Shown here: in pieces, positions 1-9,264 of the stretch
Position numbering within the stretch: position 1 is the first letter of the stretch
Layout of the letters: the number at the start of each line of letters is the position of its first letter
Assembly: GCA_964368295.1 (NCBI GenBank)
Contig: CAYJBO010000005.1
Span: forward strand, 1 to 57,373
Reading direction: 5' to 3'
Source: an uncultured Bacteroides sp.
Lineage (GTDB): Bacteria > Bacillota > Clostridia > Oscillospirales > Ruminococcaceae
DNA: 57,373 nt
Made by a program: the position numbers and the translations under genes
The notes under the pieces: generated by a model
The model's input: the letters and a program-made list of their open reading frames with translations, nothing else
The model's database searches: none
What the model was told of the DNA's origin: nothing

Positions 1-1031
1 CTCATTAGCATTACAACTTCATCGCCTGCAATTTGTGCATCTTCATATGCCGCTAAATTTGCAGGCGCACTGCCTGTTTGCAGGGCCAATGCAACACCCA
101 CTTCGGGCGCTAACAGCGCATTTAGCACCGCTGTCACAGCCTCGGGTTTATTCTCCCCTGCAAGCTTAAGCACATGCACGCCTTGCACGCCGGCATAAGG
201 CGCAATGGCAAGGCCTGTTTCGTCAACTGTCGGCATTGGCGCAAAGCCTAAATCAATGCCTGCCTCCCTTGCCGTTGGAACCATCCACGGGCCGCCTATA
301 GTGCTGTGCGCCTTGCCCTCGTTAAATAGCGTGTTTACGGTTGCGTACTCGCTCTCGCCGGGCATTAAATCCACAAATTTTTTGTGGTATAAAAGTGCAT
401 CTATTGCATTTTGCGTGTTGAGCGCCGGCTGTGCATCTGCCGTTATAATCTGTGCGCCAAAACCATGCAGCCACCCTGCGCTGTAGTAGGCAGTGCTATG
501 CTGTTCAACAAAGCCATAATGGCCGCCTGCGGTTGTTTTTTCCATGTAGGCATACAGCTCCTCGGTTGTTTTTGGCACTTCGTCGTCGTCCATATAGCGC
601 CTGTTATACATATAAAGCAGTGTCTCAAAATAGATAGGCAGCTGATATATTTCGTCTTTGTACGTAACCGCCTCAACTGTCATTGGCACATAACTGTCAA
701 AAGTTTCAACCGGCAAAAAGTTTGTTATGGGCGCAAGTATGCCAATCTCGGCATAAACGCCCATCTTATCGTGCGCAAACATATACATGTCGGGCGCGGC
801 ATTTACATCGTTGCCAACTATTTTTAAGGCCTCTGTCAAATTGCTTTTATTCTCAAGCTTTACTACTATGTCGGGTATTTTATCTAGTTCTGCTTGTAAA
901 ATATCGGCAACGGCCGGCTCTTTATCGTGCCAAATAGTTATTGTAACGGGCCCCTCTTGCTTAGGCGTGCAAGCCGCCAAAAGTGCCAGCAATAATATTG
1001 TACAAGTAAAAAATGCAAATATACGTTTCAT
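1..1031 (-). CDS. Maltose/maltodextrin-type sugar ABC transporter substrate-binding lipoprotein (3' end outside window)
   Basis: Translated by hand from the ATG at 1031: MKRIFAFFTCTILLLALLAACTPKQEGPVTITIWHDKE...APDMYMFAHDKMGVYAEIGILAP. Has a lipobox (LAAC) and a MalE-like PDxxxxxHD segment. Absent from the ORF track because it runs off the window edge. Confidence 0.85.
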   Translation of the reverse strand, partial: MKRIFAFFTCTILLLALLAACTPKQEGPVTITIWHDKEPAVADILQAELDKIPDIVVKLENKSNLTEALKIVGNDVNAAPDMYMFAHDKMGVYAEIGILAPITNFLPVETFDSYVPMTVEAVTYKDEIYQLPIYFETLLYMYNRRYMDDDEVPKTTEELYAYMEKTTAGGHYGFVEQHSTAYYSAGWLHGFGAQIITADAQPALNTQNAIDALLYHKKFVDLMPGESEYATVNTLFNEGKAHSTIGGPWMVPTAREAGIDLGFAPMPTVDETGLAIAPYAGVQGVHVLKLAGENKPEAVTAVLNALLAPEVGVALALQTGSAPANLAAYEDAQIAGDEVVMLM

Positions 1032-1055
1032 ATACACGAGCGTTCCTTTCAACAA

Positions 1056-1203
1056 ATGGCACAAACAAACCACGATATTATGGGTATATTTGTGCCATGT
1101 TTTTGCTATTAAATTAAATGATATTTGCGGCAAAATTTTATGCGTGGTTTTTAATTAAACATAGCAGGTTGCCATGGCAGGGATATGGCAAGCCATATCC
1201 CTG
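1056..1203. other. Two intercistronic inverted repeats (1056-1098 and 1178-1203)
   Basis: atggcacaaa...tttgtgccat, and cagggatatggc-aa-gccatatccctg (12-bp perfect stem), between the starch-binding gene and the SBP gene. Confidence 0.6.
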
Positions 1204-1214
1204 TTTAAATTTAT

Positions 1215-2390
1215 TTAAGATTTCTTCTTTTTAGATATTACTACGCCGCCGACAATTGCAAGAACCGCCACTACCGCAATTACTATTATCACAGCGCTGC
1301 TGCCTGCCTCGTCTTGAGGCTCTTGCTGCGTTGTCTCAACTGCGTCGGTTTCTTCTGCCGGGGCCTGTGTTGTAGGCTCTTGTGCCGCTGTCTCGGGCAT
1401 TTCATAGAAAACTTCAAATTCCTCAGGACCCGTCACAACAAGCCACACGTCTTTGCCTGTATCAACTGCCACGTCTGTGGTTTGCACCGTGCCCTCGTTT
1501 GCGTTTACTATAATTGAGTTTACCCAGCCCGGGATAGACTTCATAAGCCAGCCGCCCTCGCCCTCTTCCAGTGGCTCGCCCGGCCAAGATGCAAACACAT
1601 TAGTGCCGTCGGGTGCGCTCCATGCCCATAGGCTTGGCGCTTGCCAATCTTCGGGCACCATTGCGTATACGGTAATGTCCGGCACATCTGCTATTGCAGG
1701 GTCGTTATAAGTAAAGTCAAATGTGCCATCCTCTTCAACAGTTATCCAAACTTCTGCGGCGTCTATCGATATATCTTCTGTTTGAACTTCGCCGCCGTTA
1801 GCGTTAACTATAACGGAGTTAACCCATACGGGCACGCTTGCCGAATAAGAGCCATCTTCGCCCATTTTCATCTCTTTGCCCGGCCATGCATCGTAAACAT
1901 TGGTGCCATCGGGTGCGCTCCATGCCCATAGGCTAACGCCCTGCCAGCTCTCCGGCGCTGTTGCATGTATTGTAAATTTTTCCACATACTCGGGCGCCTC
2001 GCCTGTGGTTTGCGCCTCGTAGCTAACATCAACAGTCTGTGCGTCGGTTATAGTAACCCAAGAATTTTTTTGCTCTATAACAAGCGCATCTGTTTGTATT
2101 TCGCTGTTGTTTGCACTTATTATTAAATTGTTTGAAAAAGAGGGCAACCACACATAGTACCAACCCTCATTGGCGGCGTCCATATCAAGCTCTGCACCCG
2201 GCCATGCAGCAAATGCATTAGTGCCGTCATCGTTCCACGCCCACGCAGACGGTGATTGCCAGTCTGCAGGGACTTTTATATATACTGCAAACATATCGTC
2301 CTCTGCCGCAAAAGCGGTGGGCATAACAACTGTTGCAAATGCAAAAACAAGTATAATCGACAAAGATAAAAAGCGTTTTATGTTTTTCAT
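1215..2390 (-). CDS. Membrane-anchored starch-binding protein with three CBM26-like repeats
   Basis: Signal peptide, three ~100-aa repeats (PxxWxxxxxWAW...WPG...VNSxIVNAN), acidic linker, C-terminal TM followed by KKKK. Start set to MKNIK at 2390 after a GGAGGAG RBS. Confidence 0.85.
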   Translation of the reverse strand: MKNIKRFLSLSIILVFAFATVVMPTAFAAEDDMFAVYIKVPADWQSPSAWAWNDDGTNAFAAWPGAELDMDAANEGWYYVWLPSFSNNLIISANNSEIQTDALVIEQKNSWVTITDAQTVDVSYEAQTTGEAPEYVEKFTIHATAPESWQGVSLWAWSAPDGTNVYDAWPGKEMKMGEDGSYSASVPVWVNSVIVNANGGEVQTEDISIDAAEVWITVEEDGTFDFTYNDPAIADVPDITVYAMVPEDWQAPSLWAWSAPDGTNVFASWPGEPLEEGEGGWLMKSIPGWVNSIIVNANEGTVQTTDVAVDTGKDVWLVVTGPEEFEVFYEMPETAAQEPTTQAPAEETDAVETTQQEPQDEAGSSAVIIVIAVVAVLAIVGGVVISKKKKS

Positions 2391-2415
2391 GGTTCTCCTC
2401 CTGATAATATAATTT

Positions 2416-2495
2416 ACGAAAGTGTTTCGTTGTCTTATCCTCATAATATCATCATAAAATTGTTATGTCAACGAAAAATCACGAAAGCGTTTTAG
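2416..2495 (-). promoter_or_regulatory. sigmaA promoter flanked by two LacI-type operator-like sites
   Basis: Minus-strand TTGACA (2471-2466), 17 bp, TATTAT (2448-2443). ACGAAAGTGTTTCGT at 2416-2430 and ACGAAAGCGTTTTAG at 2481-2495. Confidence 0.6.
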
Positions 2496-2640
2496 TAGAA
2501 ATTAAGCGCATTTTAAGCGCATTTATATTGCACATATTTACCTTTTGGCCTACTTGCTATGTGCGAGTTTTGATATAAAGCGCACATAAGTTTTATAGTG
2601 CTTTACATTTACCGCAGCGGCAGACACTTTGCTTACAACA

Positions 2641-2672
2641 AAAAGCCCCTTAGCATAAGCTAAGGGGCTTTT
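2641..2672 (-). terminator. Intrinsic terminator downstream of the Cthe_2159-family gene
   Basis: aaaagccccttagc-ataa-gctaaggggctttt. Confidence 0.75.
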
Positions 2673-2711
2673 TGTGCGCCGAGCCGCTCGGCCTTACATC
2701 AATTATAATTA

Positions 2712-2747
2712 ATATGCCTTAGTGCTTTTAAAAGCACTAAGGCATAT
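2712..2747. repeat. Perfect 36-bp palindrome
   Basis: atatgccttagtgctttt|aaaagcactaaggcatat. Confidence 0.85.
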
Positions 2748-2818
2748 ATAAATTTTTATGGTGTATGCAAGTTGCGCTCAGCTTTGTTTTTTATATTATA
2801 TACACCGTGTAAGCGCCG

Positions 2819-4303
2819 CTACGGGCGTGAGCCTTGTGTTCCGCCTCGCTGTGGACGCATATTTTGAAATTGTCCGCCACCGCTTTGTTGCTGCGCCGTG
2901 AGTTCAAGGTCGTTTCCGTTTTCGTCGGTAAGCGTGCCGCCGGAGATATTAAAAACGCCTGACACATCAAGCTCGCTATCTCCGCCCGAATACACAGCGT
3001 CCACATCAACTACTATCTCGCCGCCCTCAACCGTTAAATCGCCGTTTGAATCAATTCCATCGCCCTGAGCCTTAAGATAAATTGTTCCGCCTGTTATTTT
3101 TATATACCCTGTTTCACTGCTTGCATTTATCGCGTCATCCAGCACCGTTACATTCATGTCTCCGCCATTTATTGTAATGGTAGAGCCCTCAATGCCCTCG
3201 TACGCATATTCTACAAATAGCGCAATATCGTTTATTGTTAAATCTAAATCGGCATGTAGGGCATCATCGCCTGAAATAATATTAAAAGTTCCAGCGTTTA
3301 CTAATAGATTATTGTCAGAGTGGACTGCATCTTCAAATGAAGATATATTAAATGTGCCTCCGTTTAATATTATGTTAAACGCCTTAAGGCCTTTCATGCT
3401 CTCCTCGAGCTGACTGCTGGGCTGCACTATGCCGCCGGATCCCTCGCCTCGGGTTATATCGTTTAGCACCTCAACAAATCCGCCGCCTGTAACAATTTCA
3501 AAATCGCCACTATTAATTTGCAAAGTTTGCTCGGCGCTTATTGCATCGTTTCCTGCATATAAAACAAAATCTCCGCTGTTTATTATAATATTTCCGCGGT
3601 CAATATCCTCAGAGTTAGATGATTTCAAGGCATCTTTGCCACATGTAACGCTAATGGTTGAGTCTTTAATCGCAAGTAAGTCTTTGCCCAAAATGCCGTC
3701 TGCCACTGCATTTACAGTTATGTTTGCGCCCTCAATAATAAGGTCGTCACGGCAGTTAATTGCGTCGTTATAAAGGGTAGAAACGATTAAGTTGCCGCCG
3801 CCTGAAATAACGGTATCCGCCTTTGAATAGATGGCACCGGACGGAAAATCTTCATCGGTTGTTACAATTTCGCCTTGAGTTACGGTGTTTGTTGTGCCGT
3901 CTTGCAGCACTATAACAACATCTTGGCCCTCAATAATATTTATCGGTGTGCCATTTAAACTGGTAATATCTGCCCCGTTTAAAATAATATATATAGCGCC
4001 CTCGTCAATAGTTTTATCAACGTTTACCGTTATGCTGCTATACTCACCGCTAAACTCGTAAGCGCCGCTTTGCGTAATTAAAACATCTTGCTCTTGCATT
4101 AAAAGCGCATCGTCCACAATCTCGCCTGCAAAATCGGTGCCGGGATAAGTTAATTCTGTCGACTCAATTTGCCCGTTCTCGGTTAATTCTTGCTGCGTTA
4201 TATTAATAATATCGCTGTTTTGGGAGCTGGCCTCGTTTGATTGATTACAGCCGGCAAAAGCCAATACCGACAATATTATAAAACACAATATAAATTTTTT
4301 CAT
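2819..4303 (-). CDS. Cthe_2159/DUF4353-family beta-helix carbohydrate-binding lipoprotein
   Basis: Lipobox FAGC; repeated 'I.GG...I...DD.I.A' and 'GDGIDSNG' motifs; typical neighbour of VTC/DUF4956 genes. Confidence 0.8.
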   Translation of the reverse strand: MKKFILCFIILSVLAFAGCNQSNEASSQNSDIINITQQELTENGQIESTELTYPGTDFAGEIVDDALLMQEQDVLITQSGAYEFSGEYSSITVNVDKTIDEGAIYIILNGADITSLNGTPINIIEGQDVVIVLQDGTTNTVTQGEIVTTDEDFPSGAIYSKADTVISGGGNLIVSTLYNDAINCRDDLIIEGANITVNAVADGILGKDLLAIKDSTISVTCGKDALKSSNSEDIDRGNIIINSGDFVLYAGNDAISAEQTLQINSGDFEIVTGGGFVEVLNDITRGEGSGGIVQPSSQLEESMKGLKAFNIILNGGTFNISSFEDAVHSDNNLLVNAGTFNIISGDDALHADLDLTINDIALFVEYAYEGIEGSTITINGGDMNVTVLDDAINASSETGYIKITGGTIYLKAQGDGIDSNGDLTVEGGEIVVDVDAVYSGGDSELDVSGVFNISGGTLTDENGNDLELTAQQQSGGGQFQNMRPQRGGTQGSRP

Positions 4304-4325
4304 TGTTATACTCTCCTAAAATTAG

Positions 4326-4724
4326 CTATGTTTTTAAGTAAAAACATAAAATTGCGCATATTATCATTAAAGCGCCTATAAATGTCAATATGCTTTGATA
4401 AATGGATGCCGTGCCTGCTATTTCAAAAACTCCACGCAGCAAAGAGCTTAATATAAGCGCTATTACGCCCGTGTGGTAAAAATGTGTTGCCAAAAAATTA
4501 TAGGGCTTATTTTGTTTAAGCCTCATGCACACAAAACCCATGCAAACGCCCAGCCCCAAGGGATATAAAAACAAATATGTCATATACGGCGAGCTCACCC
4601 CATGTGAAAACAGGGAATAAACAAAAGATACAAGCGCACAAAATATCGTTAGTATTGCATAGGGCAAAATGCGTTTTTTTATATAAAAATTGTGCATTGC
4701 TTTTTTATTGTCCAATATATACAA
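4326..4724 (-). CDS. Small membrane protein (about 4 TM)
   Basis: Four hydrophobic segments; overlaps the end of the upstream gene in the operon. Confidence 0.7.
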   Translation of the reverse strand: MYILDNKKAMHNFYIKKRILPYAILTIFCALVSFVYSLFSHGVSSPYMTYLFLYPLGLGVCMGFVCMRLKQNKPYNFLATHFYHTGVIALILSSLLRGVFEIAGTASIYQSILTFIGALMIICAILCFYLKT

Positions 4725-5742
4725 TGTCGCTTACACTCCTCTCGTTAAAGTCTCTGCCATTTGTTGTGGGGTAGTTTACTATTTCGCCCATAAACACCAT
4801 GGTGGCAGAGCCGCCGCCGTCTAAATTATAGGCCACCTCACAGCCATAGGCGCTTAATACTATTGCCATTTCTTCAATAGACAGCCCCTCGCTTTGGCTT
4901 GTTCTACCGTCTGCAACCATAAAAATATAATGGTTTTCATCTATCATTGCAATCGCCGTTCTCGGGTTGCTTTCGTCCTCGCGCTCAACCTTACTGCTCT
5001 CGTCAACTATAATTTCACCGCCTGAGATAAGCCCCGGCCCAAAGGAAAAAATTTGTACTGCGCCTTGCTGTTCAAGCTCTTGTGCAGAGATATCGTTTTC
5101 CTGTATTATCTCCATGCTGCCATCGCCATAAATAACCAGGTCCTCATTGCCGCCGTCCTCTTGTACGTCTCGGTACAAATAGCCGTTTCTCATGACATAG
5201 CCGTAATCTCTAAAGCCGTAATAATCACCGTTAATAGCCAGGATAGCATTGTTTTCTTCTGCAATTACCGATGTTTTTTCCTTGACATTTGTGCCAAAAG
5301 AATTTTCTGCCAAGCCTGTTTTTAAATATGAGGGGTCGCTTACTATTATTTCGGCTATATAAATATCCGTTTCAAATTCTCTTATTGTGTCAATAGTAAT
5401 TTGTATGTTTTCGTCGGTATAGCTGGTGCTTGTTATAACAGGCTGTGCAGCAGTTTGTTCTTGCGCTGTGCCGGCGCCATCGTTTTCAGCGGCATCGGCA
5501 TAGCTCTGTACGTTTTCGCTTGTAAAATTGTCTTGGCCTGTTTCTATATTATCTAACGCCACAATGTTTTGCGGCATAACAAACCTGTGTAGTAATGTAA
5601 GGCCAACATACAAAATAAAAAATAAACTTGCGCAGCCTTTCCAAATTGCAGAGGCCCTTTGTATATTAACTCGCTTTGCGCTTGTTTGTTTTTTTATATC
5701 TTTATAGTTATTTAAAAACAAGCTGTCGTTTGCTTTTTTCAT
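4705..5742 (-). CDS. Phosphodiester glycosidase (NAGPA family) protein
   Basis: Motifs AINGDYY, NPRTAIA, ADGR and AYNLDGGGS; N-terminal TM. Confidence 0.85.
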   Translation of the reverse strand: MKKANDSLFLNNYKDIKKQTSAKRVNIQRASAIWKGCASLFFILYVGLTLLHRFVMPQNIVALDNIETGQDNFTSENVQSYADAAENDGAGTAQEQTAAQPVITSTSYTDENIQITIDTIREFETDIYIAEIIVSDPSYLKTGLAENSFGTNVKEKTSVIAEENNAILAINGDYYGFRDYGYVMRNGYLYRDVQEDGGNEDLVIYGDGSMEIIQENDISAQELEQQGAVQIFSFGPGLISGGEIIVDESSKVEREDESNPRTAIAMIDENHYIFMVADGRTSQSEGLSIEEMAIVLSAYGCEVAYNLDGGGSATMVFMGEIVNYPTTNGRDFNERSVSDIVYIGQ

Positions 5743-5762
5743 CTACGCTGCCTTTCTGCAAA

Positions 5763-6455
5763 TTACAAGCTGTTAATAAATATTTCTTGCTTTCCAATAA
5801 TTATTTCAAGGTTGCCGTTTCTGCACCTTAGTTCATCAACAAATTGCTTTTCGTTTTTTGCGTCGTTTAGTTCAATTTCGTAACTCAGTTTAAATAAGCT
5901 GCCCATGTTAGTAGTTTTGGCCGATACTAATTTTACCTCTTTTGTAAAGTTATCAAATATATCATCAAAAACATTGGTATAGTTTAAATTTTCGGGTATA
6001 GTAATTTGCAGTGTTCTGTTGTTGTTTTCTTTTTCGTTGCCAAAATTTGTTGTGTTTAAAACAAGTGCAAACAGGCAGGCCACAACCGAAAACACCACTG
6101 CAAAGCCTATATAGCCCATGCCTATTGTAAGTCCGGTGCACATTGCCGTAAAAATGGCAACAATCTCTTTTGCGGTGCCCGGCACCGAGCGAAAGCGCAC
6201 TAGACTAAACGCGCCTGCTACGGCAACGCCTGCGCCTATATTGCCGTTTACCATTATAATAACCATGGTAACCGAAATAGGCAAAAGTGCCAACGTAACA
6301 ATAAAGCCTTTTGAGCTGCGCTCTTTAAATGCATATACTTTTGCCATAAATACGCCAAGGGCAATTGATGCAATTATGCATATAAAAAAGTCCTGCAAGG
6401 TAATGTTCATACTGCTTGTCGTTTCAAAAATTCCCGCAAAAATATCGTTAAGCAT
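5763..6455 (-). CDS. DUF4956-family membrane protein
   Basis: GAGVAVAGAFSLVRFRSVPGTAKEI and C-terminal LRCRNGNL; directly downstream of the VTC gene. Confidence 0.85.
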   Translation of the reverse strand: MLNDIFAGIFETTSSMNITLQDFFICIIASIALGVFMAKVYAFKERSSKGFIVTLALLPISVTMVIIMVNGNIGAGVAVAGAFSLVRFRSVPGTAKEIVAIFTAMCTGLTIGMGYIGFAVVFSVVACLFALVLNTTNFGNEKENNNRTLQITIPENLNYTNVFDDIFDNFTKEVKLVSAKTTNMGSLFKLSYEIELNDAKNEKQFVDELRCRNGNLEIIIGKQEIFINSL

Positions 6456-7170
6456 TTACTGTTCTCCCTAAGTTACTTATAAATTTTGATGAAAAATAAT
6501 TTTGGTATGCTGTGCCGTATTTGGAAAATGAGGTTTTATATATATTGTTCTCTTGTAAAAAATCTATAAACCAAAATGGCAAGCCCATAATTGTTTTTAC
6601 TTCAAGCACAACATTATCGCTTGATAAAACCTCTTTATCGTCATCGCTCTCGTACAAAGATACATCGCTGTCACGTGCTTTAATGTTAAAATCAAAAGTC
6701 AGCCTTAAGTTTTCATCGCTTTTGGAGTAAACGGCTTCTCGCTAATAACACAAAAAAACTTTTGGCTTTATCACATAAAAACAGCTCTTAAAGAATTCTA
6801 TCTCGATTAAAATTTGAGACGACTCTACCGTGTTTGTATTTTCGCACAAATACGACAAAATATTTTTTTGATCTGCAAAAATTCTCCTTTTGTAAACCAC
6901 GCCGTCAAACTTCTTTTTAAGCTCTATAAATGCATTTGCGTCATCGCTCGGCTTGCCGTAGCACCTTACTCTAAGTTTCTCCTTGTACTTTGGCTTTTCA
7001 AGCGAATGCCTAATTATCTTAAAATCTTCGGTATCAAAATAAATATTGCTTATTTTATGTCTGCCGTACCCATCTAAAACTATGTCGCCCGGCATTGATT
7101 TTATTAAAAGCCGATGTTGCTCTTTAGTTAAAATATATTTTAGCTCGTACCTTTTAAAATTAGTTTGCAT
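6448..7170 (-). pseudogene. VTC-domain polyphosphate polymerase-like gene interrupted by an in-frame TAG (true nonsense mutation or sequencing error)
   Basis: N-terminal RYELKY, IYFDT, KEKLRVRCY, ELKKK motifs. The same frame continues past TAG (6742-6744) as REAVYSKSDENLRLTFDFNI...VLEVK...FSKYG. Confidence 0.85.
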
Positions 7171-7217
7171 AATTATAACAGCCCCATTTAATTTATTTTA
7201 CAAACACATTATATAAA

Positions 7218-7240
7218 CTTAACCTTAATCTTACTTTAAA
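7218..7240 (-). promoter_or_regulatory. Putative response-regulator box upstream of the VTC operon
   Basis: cttaaccttaatcttactttaaa, 21/23 identical to 10627-10649; a TATAAT lies just downstream on the minus strand. Confidence 0.65.
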
Positions 7241-7279
7241 AAATTATATTATTTTTTAAGCTTTAGGTGTAATAAAACT

Positions 7280-7315
7280 AAAAACCACCTCGCCTAAAAC
7301 GGCAAGGTGGTTTTT
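7280..7315 (-). terminator. Intrinsic terminator after the histidine kinase gene
   Basis: aaaaaccacctcgcc...ggcaaggtggttttt. Confidence 0.75.
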
Positions 7316-7336
7316 ACAACCATCCTATTAATATGC

Positions 7337-8533
7337 TTAAAATACAACAGTAATTACTATCTCCTCGCCTGTCTTGCTCTCGGCAAAAATTTTAGCGCCG
7401 TGTTTGTCGCATATTGTCTTTGCTATTGACAGACCTATGCCATAGCCTTTTATTTCGCTACTGCGTGAATTATCTCCCCTGTAAAATCTTTCAAACAAGT
7501 TGTTGTGCCTGCCTACCTTTAAAGTTTTGCAGGGGTTTTCTATTGTAAAAATTTTTTTATTTGCCCTTGTAAAAAGCTCTGTTTTTATTTGCCCTTTGCT
7601 GTATTTTATAGCGTTTTCTGTAAGTATCAAAAGCAGTTTTCTAATGAGCACTTCATCGCCGTTATAGCTAATATTTTTAGCAATATTAGTGCTTAAAACA
7701 ATGTTTTCGCTTTTAATAGCGGCATTAAATGAGTTTAAGGTGTCATTCACTGCGTCCGTGAGTGAAAAATCGGTTTTTACTATACCGGCGCCGTCCTCGT
7801 CAAGCTTTGTAAGCGAAATTAAATTTTCCACCAGCAAATTAAGCCTTGTCGCCTGTGATTTTATACTGTCTGTCCACTCAGTTTCGCCGTTTTCAATTTC
7901 AATAACATCGCAATCGGCATTAATTATGGCAAGCGGCGTTTTAAACTCATGGCTAACGTCTGTTATAAAGCGCTTTTGCCGCTCGTGGCTTTGCGCAATG
8001 GGTTTAACCGCCGTTTTAGACAGTAGGCACGACAGTGCAAAAATTAGCACAAGCGAAGATATGAGTATTAGCACAGAGTATGAAAGATAATTTTCAAAGC
8101 CAATTATGTCTTCTTCTATGTCTAAAAAGGTATAAGCGTAGCCGCTTTCAGTCTCGGTTTTTAAATACCTGTAATTTTCCAGTGTGCCCGAGGTCTGCCC
8201 GCTTTTATTTACCTGCTGTGCAAACAAAATTGCTTCGTCAGACGAGACGGAGCTGATATTTTTTGTGTTAACATAATTGACTTTATCGTCTAAACTAGAG
8301 CGCACAACAAAAAATCTTGTAGTAAATTCAAATTCTTTTGGCAGTTTTTGTGGTGGCGGAGGGTTTTCGGTAAGGTTTAAATCCTCGTGCACAATAATAT
8401 TTAGTATTTCGTCGGAGTAGGCCATAACAGAGTTGTAATTTATAATATTTATCATAACAGCAATTAATAGCATTACAATAACGCTTATAATTGTGGTGAG
8501 CATTATAAATTTTCTTTGCAGCTTTTTAAGCAT
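7337..8533 (-). CDS. Sensor histidine kinase (2 TM, HisKA, HATPase)
   Basis: H-box SHEFKTPL, N-box ENAIKY, FERFYR, G2 box GYGIGLSIA. Confidence 0.95.
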   Translation of the reverse strand: MLKKLQRKFIMLTTIISVIVMLLIAVMINIINYNSVMAYSDEILNIIVHEDLNLTENPPPPQKLPKEFEFTTRFFVVRSSLDDKVNYVNTKNISSVSSDEAILFAQQVNKSGQTSGTLENYRYLKTETESGYAYTFLDIEEDIIGFENYLSYSVLILISSLVLIFALSCLLSKTAVKPIAQSHERQKRFITDVSHEFKTPLAIINADCDVIEIENGETEWTDSIKSQATRLNLLVENLISLTKLDEDGAGIVKTDFSLTDAVNDTLNSFNAAIKSENIVLSTNIAKNISYNGDEVLIRKLLLILTENAIKYSKGQIKTELFTRANKKIFTIENPCKTLKVGRHNNLFERFYRGDNSRSSEIKGYGIGLSIAKTICDKHGAKIFAESKTGEEIVITVVF

Positions 8534-8534
8534 T

Positions 8535-9203
8535 TTATACCTCCAAAGAATACCCTGTGTTTCGAGTAGCCTTTATTTTTACGTCAGACTCAAGAAGTGT
8601 TAACTTCTTCCTTAAATATGATATATACACCCAAACCACATTTATCTCGGCATCGCTGTCGTAGCCCCAAATTTTTTCCATAAAGCGCTCGGTTGAAATA
8701 ATATGCCCTTTGTTAATCATAAGCATTTCCATTATTTGAAACTCTTTGCCCGCCAGCTTAAACGAATTTTTCGGGGTGTAAAGTGTAAATGTTTTGCGGT
8801 TTAAGTTTACATCGCCCACTGTTAGGATATTTGTACTGCTGTCGCTTACCGTGCGTGTTATCGCCCTAATTCTTGCTAGCAGCTCCTTTGTTTCAAAGGG
8901 CTTTGTAAGGTAGTCGTTCGCGCCTAAATCAAGCCCGGTTACCTTGTCGTCTGTCTGTGATTTTGCCGTAAGCATAATAATAGGGATTAGATTTCCATTT
9001 TCGCGCACTTTTTTGAGTACGGTAAGCCCGTCAACTTTTGGCATCATTATATCTAAAATAACGGCGTCATAATTTTCGCATTCTAAATATTCAAGCGCCT
9101 GCTCACCGTCAAAAACCGCATCTACAGAATAATTGTAGTGCTTTAGTATTTTTTGAAGCGCAACGCTAAGCTCTCTCTCGTCCTCGCATAATAATAATCG
9201 CAA
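8535..9203 (-). CDS. OmpR/PhoB-family response regulator
   Basis: CEDE, LDIMMP, DYLTKPF, VYISYLRKKL and TGY; TTG start after a GGAGG RBS. Confidence 0.95.
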   Translation of the reverse strand: MRLLLCEDERELSVALQKILKHYNYSVDAVFDGEQALEYLECENYDAVILDIMMPKVDGLTVLKKVRENGNLIPIIMLTAKSQTDDKVTGLDLGANDYLTKPFETKELLARIRAITRTVSDSSTNILTVGDVNLNRKTFTLYTPKNSFKLAGKEFQIMEMLMINKGHIISTERFMEKIWGYDSDAEINVVWVYISYLRKKLTLLESDVKIKATRNTGYSLEV

Positions 9204-9264
9204 AAAACCACCTCCAAATTTTCATGCTTTACCGCAAAAGCGCCCACATACAAAATTGCAAAAA

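Noticed and set aside
205..1158. Several short ORFs in the track
   Set aside because: Shadows of the minus-strand sugar-binding protein gene (1-1031).
6742..6744. Pyrrolysine or recoded TAG
   Set aside because: Single case; TAG ends several other genes here; no pyl genes in the window.
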